64,000 nt of DNA, from contig NC_086097.1 of the NCBI RefSeq assembly GCF_963921235.1, forward strand, positions 116,748,001 to 116,812,000. The letters are read 5' to 3'. The notes beneath the pieces were generated by a model. It was not told where the DNA came from. It searched no databases and saw only the letters and a list, made by a program, of their open reading frames with translations. Made by a program: the position numbers and the translations under genes. The first letter of the stretch is position 1, and every line of letters begins with the position of its first letter. Source of the stretch: Mobula hypostoma. Its lineage: Eukaryota. Below, piece by piece: positions 1 to 12,154 of this stretch.

Positions 1-374
1 TATCCACTGGCCAATGATAACTGACCAGATGTCACTGGTAAGTGAGCGGTAATTTCACAGAATGGAGCACGTCTAGGTCAAAGAATTATTCAGCAGGAAA
101 GGAGATGAAAGCAGAATCCAAGAAGTCTGTTACATGAAAATTAAAATAGATATTGAAAAGGGGTAAAAACATGGGAACAGCATAGGGAAATGAGGTTAAG
201 CAGATAACTGCTTCAAAATTTTGTGCAATTCTGTTAACTTGTGGAGCTCCATGGCACTAATATTGCACAGTTATGATAGATCAAGTACATTTTGTACTGC
301 TGTTATTACTCTATTACCTTTCTGTTCTTTTTACACACAATTAATTACACTTGTTGTAGCTTGATTATTATATG

Positions 375-1995
375 CAGTGGCATGCAAATGTTTGGGCACC
401 CTGATCAAAATGTATTTTACTGTGAATAGTTAAGTGAGTAGAAGATGAACTGATCTCCAAAAGTCATAAAGTTAAAGATGAAACATTCTTTTCAACATTT
501 TAAGCAAGATTAGTGTATTATTTTTGTTTTGTACAATTTTAGAGTGAAAAAAAGGAAAGGAGCACCATGCAAAAGTTTGGGCACCCCAAGAGATTTGAGC
601 TCTCAGATAACTTTTACCAAGGTCTCAGACCTTAATTAGCTTGTTAGGGTTATGGCTTGTTCACAGTCATCATTGGGAAAGGCCAGGTGATGCAAATTTC
701 AAATCTTTATAAATACCCAGACTCCTCAAACCTTGTCCCCACAATCAGCAGCCATGGGCTCCTCTAAGCAGCTGCCTAGCACTCTAAAAATTAAAATAGA
801 TGATGCCCACAAAGCAGGAGAAGGCTATAAAAAGATAGCAAAGCATTTCCAGGTAGCCATTTCCTCAGTTCATAATGTAATTAAGAAAAGGCAGTTAACA
901 GCAACTGTTGAGGTCAAGTTGAGGTCTGGAGGGCCAAGAAAAATTTCCGAGAGAACTACTCGTAGGATTGCTAGATAGGCAAATCAAAACCCCTGTTTGA
1001 CTACAAAAGACTTTCAGGAAGATTTAGCAGACTCTGGAGTGGTGGTGCACTGTTCTACTATGCAGCGACACCTGTACAAATATGACCTTCATGGAAGAGT
1101 CATCAGAAGAAAACCTTTCCTGCATCCTCATCACAAAATTCAGCTTCAGAAGTTTGCAAAGGAACATCTAAACAAGGCTGATGCATTTTGGAAACAAGTC
1201 CTGCAGACTGATGAAGTTAAAATACAACTTCCTGGCCGCAATGAGCGAAGGTATGTTTGGTGAAAGGAGGGTGCAGAATTTCATGAAAAGAACAACTTTT
1301 CAGCTGTTAAGCACGGGGGTGGATCGATCATGCTTCAGGCTTGTGTGGCAGCCAGTGGCATGGGGAACATTTCACTGGTAGAGGGAAGAATGAATTCAAT
1401 TAAATACCAGCAAATTCTGGAAGCAAACATCACACCGTCTGTAAAAAAAGCTGGAGATGAAAAGAGGATGGCTTCAACAACAGGATAATGATCCTAAACA
1501 CACCTCAAAATCCACAATGGACTACCTCAAGAGGTGCAAGCTGAAGGTTTTGCCATGGCCCTCACAGTCCCCAGACCTAAACATCATTTAAAATCTGTGG
1601 ATAGACCTCAAAAGAGCAGTGCATGCAAGACGGCCCAAGAATCTCACAAACTAGAAGCCTTTTGCAAGTAAGAATGGGTAAAAATCTCCCAAACAAGAAT
1701 TGAAAGACTCTTAGCTGGCTACAGAAAGCGTTTACAAGCTGTGATACTTGCCAAAGGGGGTGTTACTAAGTATTGACCATGCAGGGTACCCAAACATTTG
1801 CTTCGGGCCCTTTTCCTTTTCTGTTATTTTGAAACTGTAGAAGATGGAAATAAAAAAGTCATCTTGATTAAGATATTAAAGAAATATGTCATCTTTAACT
1901 TTATGCCTTTTGGAAATCAATTCATCTTTTACTCGCTTAGCTATTCGCAGTAACAGAAATTTTGACCGGGGTGCCCAAACTTTTGCATACCACTG
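375..1995 (+). mobile_element. Tc1/mariner DNA transposon with long IR/DR-type inverted repeats
   Basis: Ends CAGTGGCATGCAAATGTTTGGGCACCC and GGGTGCCCAAACTTTTGCATACCACTG, the latter followed by TA. Imperfect TIRs of ~210 bp with an inner copy of the terminal motif (~566-587, ~1781-1801). Contains a transposase remnant. Confidence 0.95.
754..1776 (+). pseudogene. Tc1 transposase (DD34E type), disrupted
   Basis: N-terminal HTH (GEGYKKIAK), [29 protein letters not shown]-terminal GGVTKY*. In-frame stops at 976 and 1261, frameshifts near 1445 and 1650. Confidence 0.93.
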
Positions 1996-2534
1996 TACAT
2001 TATATGCAATACTTGGTTATATCAATTAACTGATTTTGACTTTGATATTGCTTTTTCTTGTACATAGCTGAATTAATATTTCCTCTGTTGAATCAGAATA
2101 AGGTTTCATATCACTGGCACATGTCACGAAATTTGTTGTTATTTGTCTTCATTCCTAAAACTTGTCGTGACTGACTGATGTGAAGTTGTTGGTCATCTTC
2201 CGACTTGCAGGTAATTGATGGCTATGTTAGATTCCTCAGGTTAGGTCTTGCTGCATGGGAGCAGAATACATGGCATTGGCTGCATTGTTGAAACCTGATT
2301 GTCTGCGACATTAACCTCTATTGCTAATTTGGCTTCTGAAGCTGTTTTTTTCTACACCTCATGTACATTCTCAACACATTATTCCTAGCCATGCCAATTA
2401 GAGCAATATTATCTGTCTTTCATAGGTGGTACTTGGTACTTTGAGCATTCTGTGATCTCACACTACCACTTAATTCTCCCATTTTTTTCACCTTAGGCAG
2501 TGACCTGAGGGTGTGCAGTAGTATACCATGACAG

Positions 2535-2880
2535 CACAGTGGCATTGTGGGTAGTGCAGTTGCTTTATAGTACCAATGATCATCGATTGTGGTTCGATCC
2601 CCATCGCACCTGTAAGGTATTCATATATATTCTCCCTAGGACCACGTGAATTTCCTCTGGGTACGCCATTTTTCTCCCACATTCCAAAGGCATGAGGGTT
2701 AGGGCTAGTGAGCTATTGACATGCTTTGTTGACACTGGAAGAGTGGCGACACTTGTGGGCTGCCCTAGCACAATTCTTGGACTGTGTTGGTCGTTGACAC
2801 AGAATAATGCATTTTGCTGCGTGTTTCGGTGTTTTGACGCACATGTGGCAAATAAAGCTAGTTATCAGGATCTTTATCTT
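2535..2880 (+). mobile_element. SINE (tRNA-derived), degenerate
   Basis: B-box-like GGTTCGATCCC, central TTTCCTCTGGGT...TTCTCCCACATTCCAAAG core, AATAAA and short-repeat tail. Confidence 0.55.
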
Positions 2881-3074
2881 TGAAGTCTTTTTTTTGCTTC
2901 TAAGAACATAACAAAATAGGGACAGAGTTGGTGATTTTGCCCCTCAAATTTATCCCATCATTCATTGTTGGTCTCAATTCCTCCACTCTGTCAATTCCAC
3001 AACACCCACAGTTTCCATCTGAGCCCTTCTTATGGAGGTGGGGTTCACTGTCCCAGTTTCCTTGATTACGCATG

Positions 3075-3560
3075 GAGTCATAGCACAGATACAGGCCCAA
3101 CCAGTCCATGCTGTCTATGGTGCCCACCCTGCTAGTCCCAATTTTCTGCGTTCAGCTCATTTCCCTTGAAGCCCCGCCCCTCCATGTACCTATCCAAAAT
3201 GCTCCTTAAATGATATTGTTATACCCATGTCATCCTTGGCAGCTCATTCCACATAGTCAACTCACTCTGTATGAACACGCTAATCCCTTCCCACCCCCCA
3301 CGTCCCTTTTAAATCCTTCCTCCCTCACCATAATTCTATGGTCCCTAGTTATGGACTGCCCTACCCTGGGGGAATAACTATTACAATTTACCTTATCTAT
3401 GCCTTTAATAACTTTAAACTCTAATAATTGGACTTCTCTACCTTGGGGAAAAAAAACTATTACTCTTTACCTTATCTATGCCTCTATAATAATAATTTCA
3501 GATTACCTCTTATTCTCCTCTGTTCCATGGGATAAACACTTAGCTGGCCAACCTCTCTAT
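3075..3560 (-). mobile_element. CR1 LINE 3' fragment
   Basis: Reverse-strand similarity to other CR1 3' ends in the window (e.g. 52445-52850). Confidence 0.55.
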
Positions 3561-3561
3561 A

Positions 3562-4122
3562 CAGTCAGTGGCCACTTTATTAGGTACCTCCTGTACCTAT
3601 TAAAGTGGCCATTACTTGTGTGTTCCTGGTCTTCTGCTGTAGCCCATTCACTTCAACGTTCAACGTGTTGTGCATTTAGAGATGCTCTTCTGCACACACT
3701 GCTGTAACACGTGGTTATTTGAGTTACTCTCACCTTCCTGTCAGCTTGAATCAGTCTGGCCATTCTCTTCTGATTTCTGTCATTAACAAGCCGATTTTGC
3801 TTACAGAATTGCCACTTACTAGATATTTTCTTTTTGTTTTCCACACAATTGAACTCAAAAGAATATTGCGCGTGAAATTCTCAGGAGATCATCAGTTTCT
3901 GAGATAATCAAACCATTTCATGCGATAGTCTGGCACCAATAATCATCTCAGAGTCAAAGTCACTTGGACCATATTTCGTCCCTGTTCTGATGTTTGGTCT
4001 GAACAACAGCTGAATTTCTTGACCATGTCTGAATGCTTTTATGAATTGAGTTGCTGCCACATGCTTAGATGACTGAGTTAACAAGCGTGTGTACAGGTGT
4101 AGCTAATAAAATGGTCACAGAG
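3562..4122. mobile_element. Non-autonomous Tc1-type MITE
   Basis: TA then CAGTCAGTGGCCACTTTATTAGGTAC; inverted end GTAGCTAATAAAATGGTCACAGAG. Partial homologues at ~17460-17605 and ~36765-37010. Confidence 0.75.
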
Positions 4123-4149
4123 CTGAGTTCACATTGCACTCATTCTCTG

Positions 4150-5434
4150 GCTGGAGGTTGAGAGACTTCCATGGTGATCAGTTTCAATATCTGTCACTTT
4201 GACCAGGCTGAGATGAGACATTTCACCACCAATCTGTACAGTGGAGGGCACAGACCTTCTGTGAGGTCAACAAAGTTCTTGTGAAGTTGCTTGGATCAAC
4301 AGCTTGTGGGCTACTGAATCAAAAGTTTTTGCAGATTCACAAAGATTATTGTTAGTTCTTTGCGTTTGCATTTTACCCAATTCATGATGTTTTGAAGATG
4401 GTAATATTCTTGTGACAACATAGGATGGCCACCACAAAACCTCTTCACCAACTCCATTCTGGTTTAGTATTAACTGTTGTATGAGTACCCCTGCCATGAT
4501 TTTATTGAAAAGTCTCAACCTAATTGTTATTGGTCTCCTGTTACCCATTACCTTCAATATATTGGAAAATCAGGACTATTGTGCTCACTTTAAGTGCACA
4601 CTGAGTAAGGCACGCTGAGAGGGTAAGGCTGTATGGGTGTTGTAAATTTTCCTTTCATTAAGAGGTTCAGGATTCTTTGGCAAAGGTCCAGGAAAGGTTC
4701 ACAAGAATGACCTTGGGATTGAAAGGGTTGATGTACGTAAGAGGAGTATTTGATGACTTTGGGCCTGTACTTGCTGGGGTTTGGGGGGGAGGTGGTTTCA
4801 TTGAAATCAATCAAATATTGAAAGGCCTAAATGAAGTGGATGTGGAGAGGATGTTTCCTGTAGTGGGGAAGACTTGGACCAGAGGGCATAGACTCAGAAG
4901 AGAAGGGTGTTCCTTTAGAACAGATGAGGAGGAACTTCTTCAGCCACAGTGTGGAATTCATTGACACAGACAATTGTGAAGACCAAGTCATTGCGACTAT
5001 TTAAAGCAGAGGTCGGTAGGTTCTTGATTAGATGGGGCATCGAAGGTCATGTAGGAAGGCAGGAGAATGGGGTTGTGAGGGACATAAAATAAGCCATGAT
5101 TGAATGTGAAGCAAATTCAAAGGGCCAAATGGCCTAATTCTGCTCCTATGTGTTTTGGTCTTCTGGTCTTAAAGATGCTGATCTTGATTTCACCTTGCCC
5201 TGGCACATGTTCTTTCTTTACTCCTTTCAAAGCCTTTGAAATCTCCTCTTTTTTCAGTTGACTTTATGGAATCATGAATTTCTACATGACCTGTCTACTC
5301 AGCCATCTTGTTGATGCATATCATGCCATTAACAGTACCTATTTCCTTCTTGTCAAGACAGTACTTTGGCTTACCTGACACTCAACTATCTGACGAGTAA
5401 TGTTCCCTGAAACTTCTCTGGTGGTCAAAGCAGC
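4150..5434 (-). pseudogene. Highly decayed non-LTR reverse transcriptase, R2/NeSL-like, interrupted by a CR1 copy
   Basis: Colinear minus-strand motifs across frameshifts: EEISKALKGVKKEHVPGQGEI (~5190-5250), QRILNLLMKGK, LKVSTIVLIF, GNRRPITI..RLFNKIMAG, RGFV, ELTIIFVNL/AKTFDSVAHKLL (~4300-4360). Confidence 0.6.
4682..5170 (+). mobile_element. CR1 LINE 3' fragment
   Basis: KVQERFTRM...KTWTRGHRLR C-terminal ORF2 motifs; 3' UTR GGCCTAATTCTGCTCCTATG. Confidence 0.85.
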
Positions 5435-5436
5435 TA

Positions 5437-6942
5437 GAGTGCCTATAAAGAGTACTCTCCCCCCTTGGGATTTTTTCATGTTTTATTGCTTTACAACATT
5501 GAATCACAGTGGATTTAATTTGGCTTTTTTGACACTGATCAACAGGAAAAGACTCTTTCCTGTTCCCGCGAAAATAGATCTCTACAAGTAAACTAAATTA
5601 ATTACAAATATAAAACACAAAATAATTCATTGCATAAGTATTCACTACCCCCCCCCCCCACCTTTAATATGGCACACCAAATCATCACTGGTGCAGCCAA
5701 TTGGATTTAGAAGTCACATAATCAGTTAAATTGAGATCTGTTTTAGGAGACCTGTGTGCAGTCAAGGTGTTTCAATTGACTGAAGCAAAAATACACCTGC
5801 ATCTGGAAGGTCCAACCACTGGTGAGTCATTATCCTGGCTAAAACTACACCAGAAAAAAGGACACTCTAAGCAACTCCTTGAAAAGGTTATTGAAAAGCC
5901 CAAGTCAGGAGATGGATACAAGAAAACTTCCAAGTCACTGAATATTCCTTTGAATACAATGAAGTCAATCAAAAAATGGAAAGAATATGGCACAGCTGTA
6001 AATAAGCCAAGAGAAAACCGTCCTCAAAAGCTGAGCGACCGTGACTGTTTCCTGGGTGCTTCACCAGTCACAGATTTATGGGAGATTGGGAAGAGAAAGC
6101 CACTGTTGAAAAAAAAAACTGACATGAAGTCTCAGCTAGAGTTTGCCAGAAGGCATATGGGGGACTCTGAAGTCAGCTGGAAGAAAGTTCTATTGTCCGA
6201 TGAAACCAAAATTGAGCTTTTTTTGGCCATCAAACTAAACACTGCACATTATCAAAAACACACCATTCCTACTGTGAAGCGTGGTGGTGGCTGCATCATA
6301 CTGAGTTGCTCCGGCAGGCCCTGGAAGATTTGTGAAGATACAGGGTAAAATGAATGCAATAAAAGACAGGGAAATCCCAGAGGAAAACCTGATGCAAGAG
6401 AACAGTGACTTGGAAGAAGGTTTGTTTTCAAGCAAGACAATGACCCCAAGCATAAAGCCAAAGCTACACAGGATTGGCTTAAAACCAACAAAATTAATGT
6501 CCTGGAGTGGCCAAGTCAGAGTCCACACCTCAATCCAATTGAGAATTTGTGGCTGAACTTGATAAAGGGCTGTTCACTCATGATCCCCATGCAATCTGAC
6601 AGAGCTTGAGCAGTTTGATAAAGAATGGGGCAAAGATTGCACTGTCTAGATGTGCAAAGAGACCTCTCCCCACAGACTCAAGGCTGCAATTGCTGCCAAA
6701 AGTGCATCTACTAAATGCTGACTTGAAGGGGGTGAATACTTATGCAATCAGTTATTTTGCATTTTATATTTGTAATTAATTTAGATCACTTTGTAGAGAT
6801 CTGTTTTCACTTTAACACAAAAGAGTCTTTTTCGGTTGATCGGTGTCAAAAAAGCTAAATTAAATCCACTGTGATTCAATGTTGTAAAACAATAAAACAT
6901 GAAAACTTCCAAGGGAAGGATGAATACTTTCTATAGACACTG
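5437..6942 (+). mobile_element. Second Tc1 transposon (different family), decayed transposase
   Basis: TA-flanked ~210-bp TIRs (GAGTGCCTATAAAGAGTA ... TACTTTCTATAGACACTG). Motifs [48 protein letters not shown], with deletions and frameshifts. Confidence 0.92.
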
Positions 6943-7486
6943 TATATGTTCATGTACCACTTTTCGGCCTCTCACCTGTACTGTATATAAAGTTTTCTTT
7001 GCTTTTTGTGAGTTGTTCTTAGTCTTAAGTTTGCTCCCATATGGAGATAACTCTGAAATGTATCTTTGAGAATTAGTTAAGTTAGCATGGGTACTCTGTG
7101 TATTTTGAATACCTCATTGTTTAGAAGGGTTTTCAATCTGACTGCATTTCAGTTCTGAGCCATATTTTGCATATTTTCATCAGGTCAAGTCCTAAGTCTT
7201 GCCTCTAAACAGCTTTATGAACAGTTGCTTCTTCTTGGGGTTTCCTACATTTGGAGTTGCATCTTTCAGTCTCAGACTCTGATATTTGTGTGCTTTCTGT
7301 GCTCTTGTCATCATTGGTTTGATCTACCTCTTTTTCTGCCTCAGTGTGCTTCTGGAATACTGCCATATTACCTGATGATGGCCAGTTCATGTTTTGCCCA
7401 AGAACAGGTTTTTTGATTTTGATTGCAGGGTGTTACAATTCTCAGGTTCAAATGTTAACTGCTGTGCATGATTTTCCTTAAACTCT

Positions 7487-7710
7487 TTAGATCAGAGATG
7501 AGGAGGAATCTCTTGAGCCAGAGAGTGAAATTCGATGCCACGAATGGCTGTGGAGGCCAAATCGTTGGATACTGTACACTTAAAGCAGAGTTTGATTGGT
7601 TCTGGAATAGTCAGGGCGTGAAAAGTTATGGAGAGAAGGCAAGAGAATGGGGCTGGGAGGGGATAATGCATCAGCCATTTAGCCATGATGGAATGATGGA
7701 GCAGACTCAA
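7487..7710 (+). mobile_element. CR1 LINE 3' end
   Basis: RSEMRRNLLSQRV motif and CR1 3' UTR. Confidence 0.75.
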
Positions 7711-7842
7711 AGTTCAAAGTTCAAAGTACATTTATTATTAAAGTACATGCATGTCACCATATACAACCCCGAGATTCATTTTCTTGCAGGCATTTACAGT
7801 AAATACAAAGAAACAACAAAACAAAGAAATAAATAACAATCA

Positions 7843-9180
7843 ACAGAAATTCTGCAGATGCTGGAAATTCAAGTAACACACATAAAAGTTGCTGGTGAAT
7901 GCAGCAGGCCTGGCAGCATCTCTAGGAAGAGGTGCAGTCGACGTTTCAGGCCGAGACCCTTCGTCAGGACTAACTGAAGGAAGAGTGAGTAAGGGATTTG
8001 AAAGTTGGAGGGGGAGGGGGAGATCCAAAATGATAGGAGAAGACAGGAGGGGGAGGGATAGAGCCGAGAGCTGTACAGGTGATAGGCAAAAGGGATACGA
8101 GAGGATCATGGGACAGGAGGTCCAGGAAGAAAGACAAGGGGGGGGGGTACCCAGAGGATGGGCAAGGGGTATATTCAGAGGGACAGAGGGAGAAAAAGGA
8201 GAGTGAGAGAAAGAATGTGTGTATAAAAATAAGTAACAGATGGGGTACGAGGGGGAGGTGGGGCATTAGCGGAAGTTAGAGAAGTCGATGTTCATGCCAT
8301 CAGGTTGGAGGCTACCCAGACAGAATATAAGGTGTTGTTCCTCCAACCTGAGTGTGGCTTCATCTTTACAGTAGAGGAGGCCGTGGATAGACATGTCAGA
8401 ATGGGAATGGGATGTGGAATTAAAATGTGTGGCCACTGGGAGATCCTGCTTTCTCTGGCGGACAGAGCGTAGATGTTCAGCAAAGCTGTCTCCCAGTCTG
8501 CGTTGGGTCTCGCCAATATATAAGAGGCCACATCGGGAGCACCGGACGCAGTATATCACCCCAGCCGACTCACAGGTGAAGTGTTGCCTCACCTGGAAGG
8601 ACTGTTTGGGGCCCTGAATGGTGGTAAGGGAGGAAGTGTAAGGGCATGTGTAGCACTTGTTCCGCTTACACGGATAAGTGCCAGGAGGGAGATCAGTGGG
8701 GTGGGATGGGGGGACGAATGGACAAGGGAGTTGCGTAGGGAGCGATCCCTGCGAAATGCAGGGTGGGGGGGGGGGAAAAAGATGTGCTTCGTGGTGGGAT
8801 CCCGTTGGAGGTGGCGGAAGTTACGGAGAATAACATGTTGGACCCGGAGGCTGGTGGGGTGGTAGGTGAGGACCAGGGGAACCCTATTCCTAGTGGGGTG
8901 GCGGGAGGATGGAGTGAGAGCAGATGTACGTGAAATGGGGGAGATGCGTTTAAGAGCAGAGTTGATAGTGGAGGAAGGGAAGCCCCTTTCTTTAAAAAAG
9001 GAAGACATCTCCCTCGTCCTAGAATGAAAAGCCTCATCCTGAGAGCAGATGCGGCGGAGACGGAGGAATTGCGAGAAGGGGATGGCGTTTTTGAACAATC
9101 TATGTTCCGTGCCTATTCTGGTATCTGTCCCCCACTTTTCCTTCGCTACATCGACGACTGCATTGGCGCTGCTTCCTGCT
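7843..9180 (-). mobile_element. Penelope-like element: GIY-YIG endonuclease, RT thumb and 3' terminus, with an inverted RT segment
   Basis: VIYCVRCSRCGLLYIGETQRRL..FAEH (GIY-YIG, 8266-8592); AIPFSQFLRLRRICS, RVPLVLTYHP; plus-strand LRYIDD at ~9141-9158. Confidence 0.92.
7936..7971 (-). ncRNA. Minimal type I hammerhead ribozyme motif in the Penelope terminus
   Basis: Minus strand AGUC-CUGACGA-AGG-gucucgg-CCU-GAAA-C-GUC-GACU: full core, helix I AGUC/GACU, helix II AGG/CCU, palindromic ACGU as helix III. Confidence 0.75.
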
Positions 9181-9767
9181 GTATTCCCAGCAGGAATGCT
9201 TATGACAGTAAGGAACCCAAGAATTCGCACCAGGTTCACAGACACAGCAGGACTATCAGTAATTATCTCTTTGCGTATAATGCTATATTCAGCTTTATGT
9301 TCAATTTATGCAGTATATCACTGCTTGCAGTTCTTTCAGGTGTTGCTGTCTGTCTGGGCTTGTCCAATTTGCTTGTGAGTGGGGTTACACCACCCTCCAT
9401 TGTATATCCCTCAGAAAAAAACGGTCAGCTCGGTAAAACCATGCAGAAACGCAATCTTCCCGACAGGGCTCGATCTAGATATGACTCCCATACTGCTGCA
9501 TTTCCTTCATAAATTTCAGCTTTAGGATCTGAATGTTGCTGGCAAAGCCTGCAATTATCTCTTGTCTCTATTAGCCTTGCTAAGCTCATAGCAAAGGACC
9601 CTCTTGAAACATTATAATCCTTCAGCTGAAGGCTTCCTGACGGGGCTGTGGACAGAAAGGTTCGTAGAGTGGGGACAGGCTCTTCAGGCCAGCTAGCCAA
9701 TACTCACCAAGAAGCTTATCTCCTCCAGTCCAGTTGGCCTGCCTTTGACTCATATCTGCCTAAAACC

Positions 9768-11160
9768 TTCACTGCAGTGGTTGGGAAGATGTTAGAGTCA
9801 ATTGTTATGGATGAGGTTTTGGAGTACTTGGTGACAGTGGACGAGATAGTACAAAGTCAGCATGGTTGCCTTCATGAAAAATCCTGCCTGATGAACCTGT
9901 TGGAATTCTTTGAGGAGATTACAAGTAGGCTAGATAAAGGTGATGCAGTGGACATTATATATTTGGACTTTCAGAAAGCCTTTGACAAGGTGCCACACAT
10001 GAGGCTGCTTACCAAGTTAAGAGCCCATGGTATTATAGGAAAGTTGCTAACATGGTTAGAGCATTAGCTGATTGGTAGGAGGCAGTGAGTGGGAATAAAA
10101 GAATACTTTACTGGTTGGCTGACAGTGACTAGTGGTGTTCCGCAGGGGTCGGTGTTGGGACCACTTCTTTTTATGCCGTATATAAATGATTTAGATGGTG
10201 GAATAGATGGCTTTGTTGGTCAAGTTTGCAGATGATACAAAGATTGGTGAAGGGGCGGGTAATGTTGAGGAAACAGGTAGATTGCAGAAGGACTTAGACA
10301 GATTAAGAGAATGAGTAAGGAAGTGGCAAATGAGATACAAAATAAGATATGGAAAATGCATGATCATACAGTTTGGTAGAAGAAATAAATGTATAGACTA
10401 ATTTCTAAATGGGGAGAAAATCCAAAATCTGAGACACAAAGGGACTTGGGAGTTCTTGTGCACAACACCCTAAAGGTTAACTTGCTGGTTGAGTTGATGG
10501 TGAGGAAGGAAAATTTTAGCATTCATTTCAAGAGGTCTAGAATACAAGAGCAGGGATGTGATGTTGAGGCATAATAAGGCACTGGTGAGGCCTCACCTTG
10601 AGTATTGTGAACAGTTTTGGCCCCTTCATCTTAGAAAAGATGTGCTGGCATTAGAGAGGGTCCAGAGGAGGCTCACAAGTTTGATTCCAGGAATGAAAGG
10701 GTTATCATATGAGGAACGTTTGATGGTGCTGGGTCTCTACTCACTGGAATCCAGAAGGATGCTGTGGGATTCCAGTGAAACCTTTTGAATATTGAAAGTT
10801 CTCGACAGAGTAGATGTGGAAAGGATGTTTCCCATGGTGGGGAGTCCAGGACAAGAGGGCACAGCCTCAGGATAGAGGGGCGCTCTTTCAAAACAGAGAT
10901 GCAGAGAAATTTCTTTAGCCAGAGGGTGGTAAATTTGTGGAATTTGTTACCACATGCAGCAGTGGAGGCCAAGTCATTGGGTGTATTTAAGGCAGAGATT
11001 GATAGATTCTTGATTGGACATGGCATCAAAGGTTACGGGGAGAAGGCTGGGAACTGGCATTGAGGAGGAGAAAAGAAAGGATCAGCCATTATTGAATGGC
11101 AGAGCAGACTCAATGGGCCAGATAGCCTAATTCTGCTCCTATGTCCTATGATCTTATGGT
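9768..11160 (+). mobile_element. CR1 LINE, 5'-truncated (RT and 3' UTR)
   Basis: [48 protein letters not shown]; (TATGATCT)-like tail. Confidence 0.93.
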
Positions 11161-11164
11161 CTTG

Positions 11165-11480
11165 CACATGTTCACTATCCAAATGTTCCTTCCCTCCGCT
11201 AACCCTTGGACAAGGTGCAGCACCTGCTTAGGCTTCCAATCTGGGTTAGGTGAAGCCATTCGAGTGGGTGTTGGATGCTTGTATGAGCAGCTGGTATGTA
11301 AGACAAGTCCTAGGTATGTGACCACAGGCGCCAGGCAGACAATCTCTGAACATTATTGATAATGGCTGGAGTCGCCCATCGTACAGGGATACTACCCAAA
11401 AGGAGGTAATGGCAAACGCTTCTGTAGAAAAATTTGCCAAGAGTAATCATGGTCGTGGACCATGAGCGATAGCCCATGTC
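11165..11480 (+). mobile_element. SINE/RTE-related short repeat, degenerate
   Basis: Discrete non-coding block between LINE fragments with a retroposon-like 3' end; family uncertain. Confidence 0.35.
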
Positions 11481-11724
11481 ATGAGCCCATGGCAAGTAAT
11501 AAGGTTGATGAATTGTACCCACCTCTACTGGTTCCTTTGGCAGCCCATTCCACAAACCCACCACACAATGTGTGGAAAAATCTGTCCTCAAATCCAACTT
11601 AAAACTTTCCCTTCTAATCCAAAACTTTTGCCTTCTATTTTTTAATCTTCCCTACACTTGGAAAAATATCATGACTATCTACATTACCCATGGCACAAGA
11701 GTTTTTGCAACTGCTGGATATTTT

Positions 11725-12125
11725 GAGCAACACACACAAAATGCTGGAGGAACTCAGCAAGTCGGGCAGCATCTTCAAATAGTTCAAGGTTTGGGCCAAG
11801 ACTCTTCATTCGGAGTGGAAAGGAAGGGGGAAGAACCCAGAATAAGCTGGGCTAGAGGAAGGAGTACAAGCTGGCAGGTGATGGGTGAAAGCAGATGAGG
11901 GTGGACAGGTGGGTGGGGAGAGAGGAGATGAAGTGAGAAGATGGGAGGTGATAGTTGGAAAAGGTAAAAGGCTGAAGAGGAAGGACTCTGGTGGTAGAGG
12001 AGAGTGGGCCATGGAAGAAGAGGGAGGCAACAGGCAGGTGAAGAGAAAAGGTAAGCGGGAGCCAGAGTGTGGAATAGTAAAAGAGGGGAGGGGAAGAAGT
12101 TACCAGAAGTTAGAGAAATCAATGT
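11725..12125 (-). mobile_element. Penelope-derived 3' fragment
   Basis: Homologous to 7843-8290 (AAATGCTGGAGGAACTCAGCA, purine-rich tract, GAAGTTAGAGAAATC). Confidence 0.8.
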
Positions 12126-12154
12126 TTATGCAGAGACCCATCACAGATAGAGAG

